A stretch of 41,780 bases of DNA from an uncultured Actinomyces sp. (GTDB lineage Bacteria > Actinomycetota > Actinomycetes > S36-B12): NCBI GenBank assembly GCA_964560615.1, contig CAZLMT010000004.1, forward strand, positions 4,673 through 46,452, written 5' to 3'. A program made the translations under genes and the position numbers. Below, piece after piece: positions 20,071 through 29,618 of this stretch (positions within the stretch are counted from its first letter, which is position 1; each line of letters opens with the position of its first letter). A model generated the notes under the pieces. It made no database searches, had not been told where the DNA came from, and saw nothing but the letters and a program-made list of their open reading frames with translations.

Positions 20071-21585
20071 ATGAGGCCCGTCTACGACGTCGCCACGGTG
20101 CGTGCGGCTGAGGAAGCCGTCATGGCAGGCCTGCCCGAGGGGGCCCTGATGGAGCGTGCCGCCACCGGCCTCGCGGACGCGTGCGCGACCCTCATGCGCG
20201 ACCTCGGACTGCGGATCGCCGGCGCGCGCGTGGTCCTCCTCATCGGCAGCGGCAACAACGGCGGAGATGCGCTCTACGCCGGGGCGCAGCTGGCGCGCCG
20301 CGGAGCTCGCGTCGATGCCGTCCTGCTGGGCGAGCGCAGTCATGCGGGCGGCCTCGACGCGCTCGTCGAGGCAGGCGGTGCTGTCGCCCCGCAGGCCGCG
20401 ACCGATCAGGTCATCGCGCGGGCGGACCTGATCCTTGACGGAATCCTCGGCATTGGCGGACGCGGTGCATTGCGCGCGGAGGCGGCCCGCTGCGCGACTC
20501 TGGCCGCCGAATCAGGTGCCCTTGTTGTCGCGGTGGACATCCCCTCGGGTGTGGATGCCGACACCGGTGCGGTCGCCGATCCTGCCGCCGCCATCGATGC
20601 GGACGCGACTGTCACCTTCGGCTGTCTCAAGCCGGGCCTCCTGCTGTCACCAGGCCGTGATCACGCCGGCGCTGTCCTCGTCGTGGACATCGGGCTCGAC
20701 GATGCGCTTCCCCCAGCGGGCCTCCATGCGCTCGACCCGCTCGACCTCGCTGACTCGGTGCCCGAGCCTGGCCCCTCGGACTACAAGTACTCGCGCGGCG
20801 TGGTCGGGATCGCCGCAGGCAGCGCTCGCTACCGCGGCGCTGCCTTCATGGCGACCGGCAGCGCCCGACACGGCAACGTGGGGATGGTGCATGTCCTCGA
20901 TCGAGGCGACGGACTCGCCGAGGCACTGGTCGATGAGTTTTGGGACGTGGTGATTGCCGCGGACGCGCCGGCCTCGGTGACCCGCACGAACGCATGGGTG
21001 GTGGGTCCGGGTCTGGGCCTGGATGTCGATGGTCGGTCCCTGCTGCGCGACGTGCTCAACGTCGATGCCCCTGTCGTCGTCGACGCCGATGCCTTGCGCA
21101 TGCTGCGCCAGCCTCCGGCCAGTGACAGCCTGTCGGCACGGAAGCGCCCCACGGTCCTCACTCCGCACGAGGGAGAGTTCGCAGCACTGGGCTTCGCGAT
21201 CGGCACGGGGGAAGACGAGGACCGTCTCGGGAGTGCCCGCCAGGCTGCGCGCGAGCTCGGAGCCGTCATCGTCCTCAAGGGCCCGGGGACGGTCATCGCA
21301 TCGCCCAGTGGCGCGGCGTACATCGACACCTGGGGCACTCCGGATCTCGGGACGGCCGGCAGCGGCGATGTGCTCGCGGGACTCATGGCCGCGCTGCTCG
21401 CGGGAGCCGCTGCTCGCGGCGATGTCGACATCGACGACGCAGCGTGGATTGCAGCGGCAGCGGTGGGCGTGCACGGACTGGCAGGGCGGCTGGCGGCCCA
21501 AGGCGGCCGACCGGTGACAGCACCCGACATCATCGCGGCGATCCCCGACGCCATCGGGCTGGTGCGTCGCGGCGGCGAGGCCTGA
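20071..21585 (+). CDS. nnr: Bifunctional NAD(P)H-hydrate repair enzyme (YjeF_N epimerase + ADP-dependent dehydratase)
   Basis: 504-aa ORF. The N-terminal part has ...VVLLIGSGNNGGDALYAG.... The C-terminal carbohydrate-kinase-like part has ...TPHEGEFA...VLKGPGTVIA...GTAGSGDVLAG.... Confidence 0.88.
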   Translation: MRPVYDVATVRAAEEAVMAGLPEGALMERAATGLADACATLMRDLGLRIAGARVVLLIGSGNNGGDALYAGAQLARRGARVDAVLLGERSHAGGLDALVEAGGAVAPQAATDQVIARADLILDGILGIGGRGALRAEAARCATLAAESGALVVAVDIPSGVDADTGAVADPAAAIDADATVTFGCLKPGLLLSPGRDHAGAVLVVDIGLDDALPPAGLHALDPLDLADSVPEPGPSDYKYSRGVVGIAAGSARYRGAAFMATGSARHGNVGMVHVLDRGDGLAEALVDEFWDVVIAADAPASVTRTNAWVVGPGLGLDVDGRSLLRDVLNVDAPVVVDADALRMLRQPPASDSLSARKRPTVLTPHEGEFAALGFAIGTGEDEDRLGSARQAARELGAVIVLKGPGTVIASPSGAAYIDTWGTPDLGTAGSGDVLAGLMAALLAGAAARGDVDIDDAAWIAAAAVGVHGLAGRLAAQGGRPVTAPDIIAAIPDAIGLVRRGGEA

Positions 21586-21586
21586 A

Positions 21587-22705
21587 GTGACTATCCGGGC
21601 TGAAGCCGTCATCGACCTCGCGGCGCTGCGAGGCAATCTCGACTATGTCCTCGGTCCGGCATGTGGCGGACCCGAGGTAGCCCGCATGGCCGTCGTCAAG
21701 GCTGATGCCTACGGCCACGGCGCTGTCCAGGTGGCGAGAGCCGCGCGCACCGCGGGTGTCACCTGGCTTGGAGTGGCCCTGCCTTCGGAAGCGGTGCAAC
21801 TCCGCGACGCCGGAGACTCCGGGCGCATCCTCGCCTGGCTCTACGCCCCGGGTGATGGGGCCCTCGTGAGGTGCGTCGACGAAGGTGTCGATCTCGGTGT
21901 GGGCAGCCTGGGCATGCTCCGCGATGTCGCCAGCGCTGCTGCGGAGTCCGGTCGCGTGGCTCGCGTGCACCTGAAGATCGACACGGGGCTCGGTCGCGGC
22001 GGCTCTTCGCCCGACACCTGGCCTGACTTGCTCGCTGCCGCTGCGGCAGCGTCGGGCATCGAGGTGGCCGGCATCTGGTCGCATCTCGCGAGCGCGGATA
22101 TCCCCGAGGCTCCCGAGACCAGCGAGCAGGTCGCTGCCTTCGAACGCGCACTTGCCGAGGCGGCGCGGGCCGGCGTGCAGCCGGAGGTGCGGCACCTTGC
22201 ATCGAGTGGAGCCGCTCTCTCGCGTCCGGAGACGCGCTACGACCTTGTGCGAATCGGCATCGCGATGTACGGCGTCGCACCGGGCCCGGCTATTGACATG
22301 GGCCCCCTGCGCCCGGTGATGACCCTGCGCGCCGAAGTGGCGGCGACCAAGCGGGTGCCCGCCGGTCACGGTGTGTCCTACAACCTCACCTGGCGGGCGC
22401 CACATGAGACCACGCTCGCGCTCGTCCCCCTCGGCTATGGCGATGGCCTACCCCGCACGGCGCGCGGGGCGCGCGTGCTGATCAAGGGCGAACAGCGACC
22501 GATCGTGGGGCGCATCGCCATGGACCAGGTGGTGGTCGACGTCGGTGATGCACCCGTGATCGCGGGCGATGAGGTCACGGTCTGGGGTCCCGGTCACGCA
22601 GGTGAGCCGACGGCGCAGGACTGGGCTGGATGGGATGACACCATCGGTTACGAGATCGTCACGCGCCTCGGATCGCGCGTGCCGCGGCGCTACGTGGAGG
22701 GGTGA
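21587..22705 (+). CDS. alr: Alanine racemase
   Basis: 372-aa ORF with a GTG start. Contains ...AVVKADAYGHGAV (PLP Lys motif) and ...SLVPLGYGDGLPR.... Confidence 0.93.
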   Translation: MTIRAEAVIDLAALRGNLDYVLGPACGGPEVARMAVVKADAYGHGAVQVARAARTAGVTWLGVALPSEAVQLRDAGDSGRILAWLYAPGDGALVRCVDEGVDLGVGSLGMLRDVASAAAESGRVARVHLKIDTGLGRGGSSPDTWPDLLAAAAAASGIEVAGIWSHLASADIPEAPETSEQVAAFERALAEAARAGVQPEVRHLASSGAALSRPETRYDLVRIGIAMYGVAPGPAIDMGPLRPVMTLRAEVAATKRVPAGHGVSYNLTWRAPHETTLALVPLGYGDGLPRTARGARVLIKGEQRPIVGRIAMDQVVVDVGDAPVIAGDEVTVWGPGHAGEPTAQDWAGWDDTIGYEIVTRLGSRVPRRYVEG

Positions 22706-23745
22706 GGATGGCCGACCTGGGCAGGGGCGCGAAGGGCCTCGCCGCACTCGGCGTCCTCGCTGCCGGCGTCGCAGCCGGCGCGCTGGCCGAACGCCTTGCG
22801 ACACGGCGCCTGCAAGGCCGTGAGTTTGTCGGCATTGAGTCAGCCCGCGGTGTCACTCACGAGGTGGTCACCGACGACGGTGTCGCGCTCCATGTCGTCG
22901 AGGAACTGGATGAGGCACCCCCCGGGGCGCCGACGGTGATCTTCACGCACGGCTACGGGCTGTCGCTCGATTCCTGGCCGGGGCAGCGGGAAGCCCTCCG
23001 CGGGGTGGCGCGCGTGGTGCTCTGGGACCAGCGGGGGCACGGTGGCTCGCAGCGCGGCGTACCCGGCACGACCATCGAGCGACTCGGCACGGATCTTGGT
23101 TGCGTCCTCGACGCGGTGGCGCCGGTGGGCCCGGTGGTGCTCGTCGGTCACTCCATGGGCGGCATGACGATCATGGCGCTGGCGGAGCAGCGCCCGGATC
23201 TCTTCGGTGATCGTGTGCGGGGAGTGGCGCTCCTGGCTACTTCCGCTGGAGGCATTGCCGACGTCGATCTCGGCTTGCCGCGACCTGTCGCGCGCCTGGC
23301 GCATCGTGTCGCGCCCTCCATCGGTGCCGCCCTGGAGTCTCAAGGGCCGGTGTCCGGGCTCATCGAGCGCGCGCGCCGCTCCTCCAGTGACCTGGGCCTG
23401 CTCATCACGCGGGCGTACGCCTTCGGGTCGACGGTGCCGCCGGATGGCACGCGCATCGTGGCTGATCTCATCAACGGCACCCCCGTCGATGTGCTCGCCG
23501 ATCTCCTGCCTGCCCTGCAGGGCCATGACAAGGTGGAGGCGCTGCACGTGCTTGACCGCTGCGATCTCCTCGTCATGGTCGGCGACTCCGATCTCCTCAC
23601 ACCGGTCGGTCACAGCTACGAAATCGTCCGCCACACGCCGTCCGCGGAGCTCGTGATCCTGCCCGGAGTGGGGCACATGCTCACCCTCGAGGCGGTCGAC
23701 GACGTCAACAAGCACCTTCGGGCACTCGTCGAGCGCGTGAGCTGA
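22702..23745 (+). CDS. Alpha/beta-fold hydrolase with a predicted N-terminal membrane anchor
   Basis: 347-aa ORF containing VIFTHGYG..., the nucleophile elbow GHSMGG and ...LPGVGHML.... GTGA overlap with the alr stop; ATG 22708 is an alternative start. Confidence 0.8.
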   Translation: MRMADLGRGAKGLAALGVLAAGVAAGALAERLATRRLQGREFVGIESARGVTHEVVTDDGVALHVVEELDEAPPGAPTVIFTHGYGLSLDSWPGQREALRGVARVVLWDQRGHGGSQRGVPGTTIERLGTDLGCVLDAVAPVGPVVLVGHSMGGMTIMALAEQRPDLFGDRVRGVALLATSAGGIADVDLGLPRPVARLAHRVAPSIGAALESQGPVSGLIERARRSSSDLGLLITRAYAFGSTVPPDGTRIVADLINGTPVDVLADLLPALQGHDKVEALHVLDRCDLLVMVGDSDLLTPVGHSYEIVRHTPSAELVILPGVGHMLTLEAVDDVNKHLRALVERVS

Positions 23746-24437
23746 TGCCGGAGCAACGCATCTACCTGGACGACAGCGAGGCCACGCAATCCTGGGGTCG
23801 TCGAGTCGCCGGTCATGTGCGGGCTGGTGACCTCATCGTGCTCACGGGCGACCTCGGGGCCGGCAAGACGACATTCACCCGCGGCCTCGGCGAGGGTCTC
23901 GGTGTGCGCGGTGCGGTGACGAGCCCGACGTTCGTCATCGCGCGCCGCCATCCTGCCGGCGGGCGGGGCATCGACCTCCTGCATGTCGATGCCTATCGCC
24001 TCGGGAGTCCATCGGAGATCGATGACCTTGACCTTGACGTCGAGGGTGCCGTCACCGTGGTGGAGTGGGGTGCCGGCCGAGTGGAGCACCTCTCGGACAG
24101 TCGATTGGACATCGCTTTCGTCCCCGCGGGCGATGGGCGCGAGGCACGTGTCACCGGTCACGGACCGCGCTGGATTCCCGCATCGCTCGAGGCTTTGGTC
24201 GATGCTGAGCCCGCAGGAGACCCTTCCTGCCGGCCTAGGGTGTCTTCGTGCCCGTCCTCTCCCTTGACACCGCGACAGCTCGCACGACTGTCGCGGTCGT
24301 CTCGTCGTCGGGCGACGTGCTGGCGGAGGCGTCCCACCTCGATGCGCGCCGCCATGCCGAGGTGCTGCCGAGGCTTGTGCGCGAGGTGCTCACCGCAGCG
24401 GGGACCACACCCGCCCAGCTTGATCTCATCGCCGTAG
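23745..24437 (+). CDS. tsaE: tRNA t6A37 biosynthesis ATPase TsaE; the reading frame extends 190 nt into tsaB
   Basis: ORF containing ...GDLIVLTGDLGAGKTTFTRGLGEGLGV...VTSPTFVI...HVDAYRL...VEWG.... The conserved part ends near residue 150. No in-frame stop occurs until 24435-24437, so the last roughly 63 aa (Arg/Ser/Pro-rich) overlap tsaB out of frame. Confidence 0.8.
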   Translation: MPEQRIYLDDSEATQSWGRRVAGHVRAGDLIVLTGDLGAGKTTFTRGLGEGLGVRGAVTSPTFVIARRHPAGGRGIDLLHVDAYRLGSPSEIDDLDLDVEGAVTVVEWGAGRVEHLSDSRLDIAFVPAGDGREARVTGHGPRWIPASLEALVDAEPAGDPSCRPRVSSCPSSPLTPRQLARLSRSSRRRATCWRRRPTSMRAAMPRCCRGLCARCSPQRGPHPPSLISSP

Positions 24438-24994
24438 GGGTGGGCCCGGGTCCCTTCACCGGCCTTCGTGTGGGCGTCACCTTTGCACGGGCGACCGCTC
24501 ACGCGCTGGGCATCCCCGCGGTCGGGGCCATGACCCTCGATGTCATCGCTCGGGGACAGTCAGGGCGCGACCCGGGTCCCTTCACGGTCGTGACGCGTTC
24601 GCGTCGTGTCGAGGTGGCGTGGGCGGCGTACGACGATGCGCTTCGCGCGGAGATGGCCCGGCGGACCGGCGAAGCCGGCCCTGTCGGGCTACACCGCGTC
24701 GAGGGTCCGCTCATCCTCCCTAACCCCGGCTACCCACGCCGGGGTCGCGTCATCGGCGATGTCGACGGCGTCGACGAATTGGCACTGCCGGCCGCAGCGG
24801 ATCTTGCCCGGCTGGTGCTTGAGCGCGTCGAGGCGGGCGAGACACTGCCGGGCGATCGACATTGGCCCGAAGACGCGTCGGGTGGTTCCGGTGCGCCCAC
24901 GGCGTCGCTCCTGGCTGCGCTCGCATCGGAGGGCCGCTGGCTCCTGCCCGCCCTGCCGCTCTATCTGCGCCGGCCTGATGCGGTGCCGGCGTGA
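24248..24994 (+). CDS. tsaB: tRNA t6A37 biosynthesis protein TsaB
   Basis: 248-aa ORF with a GTG start: VPVLSLDTATARTTVAVVS...IAVGVGPGPFTGLRVGVTFARATAHALGIP.... Confidence 0.88.
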   Translation: MPVLSLDTATARTTVAVVSSSGDVLAEASHLDARRHAEVLPRLVREVLTAAGTTPAQLDLIAVGVGPGPFTGLRVGVTFARATAHALGIPAVGAMTLDVIARGQSGRDPGPFTVVTRSRRVEVAWAAYDDALRAEMARRTGEAGPVGLHRVEGPLILPNPGYPRRGRVIGDVDGVDELALPAAADLARLVLERVEAGETLPGDRHWPEDASGGSGAPTASLLAALASEGRWLLPALPLYLRRPDAVPA

Positions 24995-25437
24995 GCGCGA
25001 CTGAGCTCCGGCGCATGCGCTGGTGGGACATCCCGTCCGTCATCGCCATCGAGGAGTCCGTCTTCCCCGACACGGCCTGGTCGTCGGCGCAGTTCTGGTC
25101 GGAACTTGCACAGGAGGACCGGGCCTATCTCGTCATGGAGCAGTCGGGTCGGATCGCGGCGTACGGCGGAGTCATGGTGCGCCCGCCAACCGCCGACATC
25201 CAGACCATCGCCGTGGACTCCGACCACCGCGGCCGTGGCATTGCCCGTGACCTGCTCGAGCGCTTGCTCGCGACCGCTGAGGAGCGCGGCTGCTCGGAGG
25301 TGCTCCTCGAGGTGAGGGCCGACAACGCAGCCGCCATCGCCCTCTATGAGTCCGAAGGATTCGCGGCCATCGCGCGCCGCACCTCCTACTACGGTCCCGG
25401 CCTCGACGCCCTCATCATGCGCAGGAGGCGGGCATGA
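24991..25437 (+). CDS. rimI: Ribosomal-protein-alanine N-acetyltransferase (GNAT)
   Basis: 148-aa ORF containing ...[24 protein letters not shown]...[20 protein letters not shown].... Conserved position between tsaB and tsaD, with a GTGA overlap. Confidence 0.88.
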   Translation: MSATELRRMRWWDIPSVIAIEESVFPDTAWSSAQFWSELAQEDRAYLVMEQSGRIAAYGGVMVRPPTADIQTIAVDSDHRGRGIARDLLERLLATAEERGCSEVLLEVRADNAAAIALYESEGFAAIARRTSYYGPGLDALIMRRRRA

Positions 25438-26525
25438 CCGATGGGCCCCTGGTCCTTGGGATCGAGACCTCCTGCGACGAGACCGGCATCGCACTCGTGC
25501 GGGGACGCACTCTGCTCTCGGATGCCGTCGCCTCGAGTGTGGAGGAGCAGGCCCGCTTCGGGGGAGTGGTGCCCGAGGTCGCCAGTCGCGCGCACCTCGA
25601 GGCCTTCGATGCCACCCTGGACCGTGCGACGGCCGAGGCTGGTGTCGCACTCGGTGACGTCGATGCCATCGCCGTCACTTCCGGGCCGGGGCTCGTCGGC
25701 GCACTGCTCGTGGGCGTGAGTGCGGCGGAGGGTCTCGCTGTGGCGCTGGATCGCCCGATCTACGGCGTCAACCACCTGGCCGCACACGTCGCGGTGGATC
25801 GACTCGTCCACGGCGATATCCCGGAGCCCGCGATCGCACTCCTCGTATCGGGCGGTCACACGTCACTGCTGCGCGTCGATGACGTGACGCTCGACGTGAC
25901 ACCTCTCGGCGCGACGCTTGATGATGCGGCAGGTGAGGCGTTCGACAAGGTCGCCCGCCTCCTGGGGCTGCCCTTCCCCGGAGGACCGCACATCGACCGC
26001 GCCGCCGTCGATGGCGATCCGGCCGCGATCGACTTCCCGCGCGGCCTGATGTCGCCCCGCGATGATGCCGAGCATCGACTCGACTTCTCCTTCTCGGGAC
26101 TCAAGACCGCTGTCGTGCGCTGGCTCCGGGCGCGGGAGGCAGCGGGGGAGCCGGTCCCAACGGCCGACGTCGCAGCTGCCTTCCAGGAGGCTGTCACGGA
26201 CGTGCTCGTCACCAAGGCGCTCCGGGCCTGCGAGGACTCGGGGATCGGCACCCTCATCGTCGGTGGAGGTGTCGCGGCCAATTCCCGGCTGCGTGCGTTG
26301 CTTGATCAGCGTGCGGGTCATCTAGACGTGCGCGTCCCACCCCCGAGCCTGTGCACCGACAACGGAGCGATGGTGGCGGCCCTCGGAGCGGCCCTCGTGG
26401 AGAGAGGGCGGCCGCCCTCGGCTCCCGGGATCGGGGCTGACTCCTCACTGCCCGTCCACGAGATCGTGGTCGCAGCGGTGCGCAGCGGGCTTCCGCCTCC
26501 GCGCGCGGGTATCGTCGAGGGGTGA
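25434..26525 (+). CDS. tsaD: tRNA N6-adenosine threonylcarbamoyltransferase TsaD
   Basis: 363-aa ORF containing ...[16 protein letters not shown]...[13 protein letters not shown]...VNHLAAHV...[10 protein letters not shown].... Confidence 0.95.
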   Translation: MTDGPLVLGIETSCDETGIALVRGRTLLSDAVASSVEEQARFGGVVPEVASRAHLEAFDATLDRATAEAGVALGDVDAIAVTSGPGLVGALLVGVSAAEGLAVALDRPIYGVNHLAAHVAVDRLVHGDIPEPAIALLVSGGHTSLLRVDDVTLDVTPLGATLDDAAGEAFDKVARLLGLPFPGGPHIDRAAVDGDPAAIDFPRGLMSPRDDAEHRLDFSFSGLKTAVVRWLRAREAAGEPVPTADVAAAFQEAVTDVLVTKALRACEDSGIGTLIVGGGVAANSRLRALLDQRAGHLDVRVPPPSLCTDNGAMVAALGAALVERGRPPSAPGIGADSSLPVHEIVVAAVRSGLPPPRAGIVEG

Positions 26526-27400
26526 CTGAGGCGAGGCGCACCCCGGGGCTTCTGCCCGGCTTGGCGATTGGCGCCGCCTTCCTCGTCGCGGGCTTCGCCG
26601 GTTTTGCCGTGGGCTCCCTCACCGGGTCGCCTGAGTCAGCCTCCGCGACCGAGCCGTCTGCCGCCCCGACAGCGAGCCCTACGGATGCATCCGCCCCCAG
26701 CTCCTCCGCGCCCCTGCCGACTCCGAGCGACGACGCCTACGTCGCAGCCCTCGATGATTCCCTCCAGATGGGGAGCGAGACCCTGGCCGAGGGCCAGTCG
26801 GGACGCAGCGAGACCAACGTCGCGGACTCCGACCTGCAGGTCCTCAACTGGGTCGAGACGGAGGATCCCGTCTTCTTCATCACCATTGACGACGGACTCG
26901 TGGACTCCGCCGCGGTGCGTGAAGTTGTCGAGCGCTACCAGATTCCGGTGACGGCGTTCCTCACGGAGTACGCCGTGCGCGACAAGACGGACTACTTCGA
27001 GGCCGTGACGGCGTACGGCGGTTCGGTGCAGAACCACACGATGGTGCACGGCGCGCTCAACGACCCCAAGACCGACGTGCAGTGGGAGATCTGCGAGACG
27101 CAGGATCGCTTCGAGAAGCAGTTCGGCTATCGCCCCTGGATGTTGCGCCCGCCCTATGGCGCGGGCCCGAACGATCCCGAGGTGCTGAAGTACGCCGAGG
27201 AGTGCGGGATCAATCGCATCGTGCTGTGGAATGTCGTCGTCACCGATGACAACCAGGTGGAGTACTGGGAGCCGCCCATCAAGGCGGGAGACATCGTGCT
27301 CCTGCACTGGGTCGACGGCCTGGATGTCGGCCTCGAGAAGATCCTGGAGCTCGGCCGCGCCCAGGGGCTCACCCCGGCGGCGCTCGAGGACTACATCTGA
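26522..27400 (+). CDS. Membrane-anchored polysaccharide deacetylase (NodB / CE4 domain)
   Basis: 292-aa ORF with a GTGA overlap on tsaD. It has an N-terminal TM segment ([23 protein letters not shown]), a Ser/Pro/Ala linker, and NodB motifs TIDDG, HTMVH (H-[ST]-x-x-H) and LRPPYG. Confidence 0.85.
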   Translation: MTEARRTPGLLPGLAIGAAFLVAGFAGFAVGSLTGSPESASATEPSAAPTASPTDASAPSSSAPLPTPSDDAYVAALDDSLQMGSETLAEGQSGRSETNVADSDLQVLNWVETEDPVFFITIDDGLVDSAAVREVVERYQIPVTAFLTEYAVRDKTDYFEAVTAYGGSVQNHTMVHGALNDPKTDVQWEICETQDRFEKQFGYRPWMLRPPYGAGPNDPEVLKYAEECGINRIVLWNVVVTDDNQVEYWEPPIKAGDIVLLHWVDGLDVGLEKILELGRAQGLTPAALEDYI

Positions 27401-28308
27401 GCGCCATCGATCTGATCACCGTCGACGACGTCTTTGCAGGCGCGCCGCTCCCGATCGACGGTGGGCTCGCCACAGAACTGGAACGTCGAGGCCACGACCT
27501 GGGTGACGCACTGTGGTCCGCGCGGATCCTGGCGGACCAGCCCAGCGAGATTCGCGCCGTGCATGATGCCTACCTCGACGCAGGAGCCCGTGTCGTCGTG
27601 ACCGCGAGCTACCAGGTATCGCGTGAGGGCTTCGTCGCGGCAGGCCGCGCGGCAGCAGAGGCGGATGCTGCCTTGCGCACCGCGGTGGACGTCGCCCGAG
27701 GTGCAGTCGCCGGTCGCGACGCGCTCGTGGCGGCGAGCGTAGGACCCTACGGCGCCATCCTGCACGACGGCAGTGAGTACCGAGGGCGCTACGGAGTGAG
27801 CCGAGACCGTCTCATCGACTTCCACTCCGAGAGACTGGCGGTCATCGCGTCCACGCAACCCGATCTCCTCGCAATCGAGACGATCCCCGACCTCGACGAG
27901 GTGTCGGCCCTGGTCGAGGTCCTCGCCGACTTCGCAGACATCCCGGCCTGGCTCACCCTGAGCTGCTCGGATAGCGCTCACACTTCTGCCGGGCAGCCGG
28001 TCGAGGACCTCGTGCCGATCACGGAGCAGGCTCCGTCGATCCGCGCAGTGGGCGTCAATTGCACGGCTCCCGAGCATGTGACATCGCTGCTCGGTCGCCT
28101 TTCGGCTTCCGGTGCTCCGGCGCTCGTGGCCTATCCCAACTCGGGGCGGGCGTGGTCCCCGACCGCCGGGTGGTCCGGTGAGGGCACCGATGTCGGCGAG
28201 GACCTGGTGTCGCGGTGGCGCGAGGTGCCGAGGGTCGCCCTCATCGGTGGGTGCTGCGGTGTCGGCCCGGACTCGGTCGCTGCGATCGCTCGTTCGTTGA
28301 GCGCTTAG
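27397..28308 (+). CDS. mmuM: Homocysteine S-methyltransferase (MmuM/YbgG-like); start inferred as non-canonical CTG
   Basis: The frame-1 translation reads ...PLPIDGGLATELERRGHDLGDALWSARILADQPSEIRAVHDAYLDAGARVVVTASYQ...GVNC...IGGCCG (zinc-ligand Cys motifs). The first GTG or ATG is at 27559, which is after the conserved N-terminus. CTG 27397 has GAGGA 6 nt upstream and overlaps the upstream stop (cTGA). Confidence 0.75.
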   Translation: MSAIDLITVDDVFAGAPLPIDGGLATELERRGHDLGDALWSARILADQPSEIRAVHDAYLDAGARVVVTASYQVSREGFVAAGRAAAEADAALRTAVDVARGAVAGRDALVAASVGPYGAILHDGSEYRGRYGVSRDRLIDFHSERLAVIASTQPDLLAIETIPDLDEVSALVEVLADFADIPAWLTLSCSDSAHTSAGQPVEDLVPITEQAPSIRAVGVNCTAPEHVTSLLGRLSASGAPALVAYPNSGRAWSPTAGWSGEGTDVGEDLVSRWREVPRVALIGGCCGVGPDSVAAIARSLSA

Positions 28309-29540
28309 GCCTGCGCGCGCTCGACCGCGAAGGCTCTGCCCTGGCCGGTGATCACGATCGTGACCGAAGGGCCATCGCCTGCACGATGGCCCACGCGCCG
28401 ATCCCAGTCCTGGGCCGACACGTGAGCGTCCGCGGTCTTCCACGTCACCGATCCCTGTCCCCGCAGCCATCCGCGTAGTTCGCGGGCACCGTGCGGCACC
28501 TCATCGATGACCCGCCAGGCACGCGCGAGCAGGGTGCCGCAGGGTTGGGAGGCGGTCAACCAGTCGCCGCCATCGAGTCGTGGAGCATCGAGCATCTGCG
28601 CGAGTCGCGCGACGAGTTGCGCGCGGATCACCGCGGGCGTGGGCTCCACGAGCAATGGGCCGACCTGCGACGTCGATGGCCCTGGGGTCGCAGCCTCATT
28701 GCGAGGTGCCTCGATCGACTCGGATACGTCTCCCCCCAGCGCCACCGCGCGCCGCATCCCGTGCCCCCACGACCCCAGCCACACGCTCGCCTCCACCGTG
28801 TCGCCATCGTGGTCGAGCCATTCGATGTCAGCAGCTGCGGGCGCGAGCCGCGCATCGAAGCCGGGTGAGACCTTGGCCACGACGGGCATGCGCTCCGAGA
28901 GGGCCACGACCCAGGGCCACGGGGGCGACCAAGCGCCAGGATCCCTAACCGCCCTGCTCCGTCCGCCGTCGATGCGCCGAGGCCCTGCCTGCGCGCGGCG
29001 AGCCGGATCGACGTACGCCGCCTTGCACGAGTCGAGTGCCGCCGAGTCGAGCGACAATGCGTCGCCGCACAGGACTCGCACACGATCAGCGAACAGAGCG
29101 AGATTGATCTCCGCCGCCTCGGCCCGCCACGGATCCCGCTCGATGGCGAGCACGCGCAACCCCGTCTCGGCAAGCGCGCGAGCGTCGACGCCCAGGCCGC
29201 ATCCGACATCCGCGACCGTGCGGTCAGGGGCCTGCGAGTGGTCTAGGCGCTCTGACACACGTGCGGCCCGGTAGCGGGCGACCTCCCTGCGGGTGGCCTG
29301 CTGGAGGGCCTCCTCCTCCAGGACCATCTCCTGTGCCCAGGACCCGAGGCGGTCCTCGGCTCTGCGCTGCAGACGCAACTGGGTGGCGAGGGCAGAGATA
29401 AGGCCCGGATCAGCCTCGGGGTAGGCAGCCCGCACGCCGGCGAGGGCACCGGGATCGGCGGTATCCGACAGGGCGGCCAGGGCCTCCCGGAGGGCTCCTG
29501 CCTGGACCGTGAGGAGGTCGCGGGGCTGGGGCTGGGGCAC
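28305..29540 (-). CDS. Class I SAM-dependent methyltransferase with a C-terminal THUMP-like region
   Basis: 411-aa ORF containing the SAM motif I VADVGCGLGVDARAL, then ...RVLAIERD.... It is convergent with mmuM, and the two stop codons share nucleotides (TTAG). Confidence 0.75.
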   Translation of the reverse strand: MPQPQPRDLLTVQAGALREALAALSDTADPGALAGVRAAYPEADPGLISALATQLRLQRRAEDRLGSWAQEMVLEEEALQQATRREVARYRAARVSERLDHSQAPDRTVADVGCGLGVDARALAETGLRVLAIERDPWRAEAAEINLALFADRVRVLCGDALSLDSAALDSCKAAYVDPARRAQAGPRRIDGGRSRAVRDPGAWSPPWPWVVALSERMPVVAKVSPGFDARLAPAAADIEWLDHDGDTVEASVWLGSWGHGMRRAVALGGDVSESIEAPRNEAATPGPSTSQVGPLLVEPTPAVIRAQLVARLAQMLDAPRLDGGDWLTASQPCGTLLARAWRVIDEVPHGARELRGWLRGQGSVTWKTADAHVSAQDWDRRVGHRAGDGPSVTIVITGQGRAFAVERAQA

Positions 29541-29571
29541 GAGGGGAGGCTAGCGCGACGAGGCGGGGGAT

Positions 29572-29598
29572 CTGGCACTCGGTTTGACGGAGTGCTAA
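29572..29598 (+). promoter_or_regulatory. CIRCE operator 1 (HrcA binding site)
   Basis: CTGGCACTC-N9-GAGTGCTAA against the consensus TTAGCACTC-N9-GAGTGCTAA. The left arm matches 7/9 and the right arm 9/9. Confidence 0.8.
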
Positions 29599-29613
29599 CC
29601 GCGCCCCTACAGT
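29584..29613 (+). promoter_or_regulatory. Candidate groES promoter (TTGACG-N18-TACAGT) interleaved with the CIRCE elements
   Basis: -35 TTGACG at 29584-29589 lies inside the CIRCE-1 spacer. -10 TACAGT at 29608-29613 lies just upstream of CIRCE-2. Confidence 0.45.
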
Positions 29614-29618
29614 AGGTC

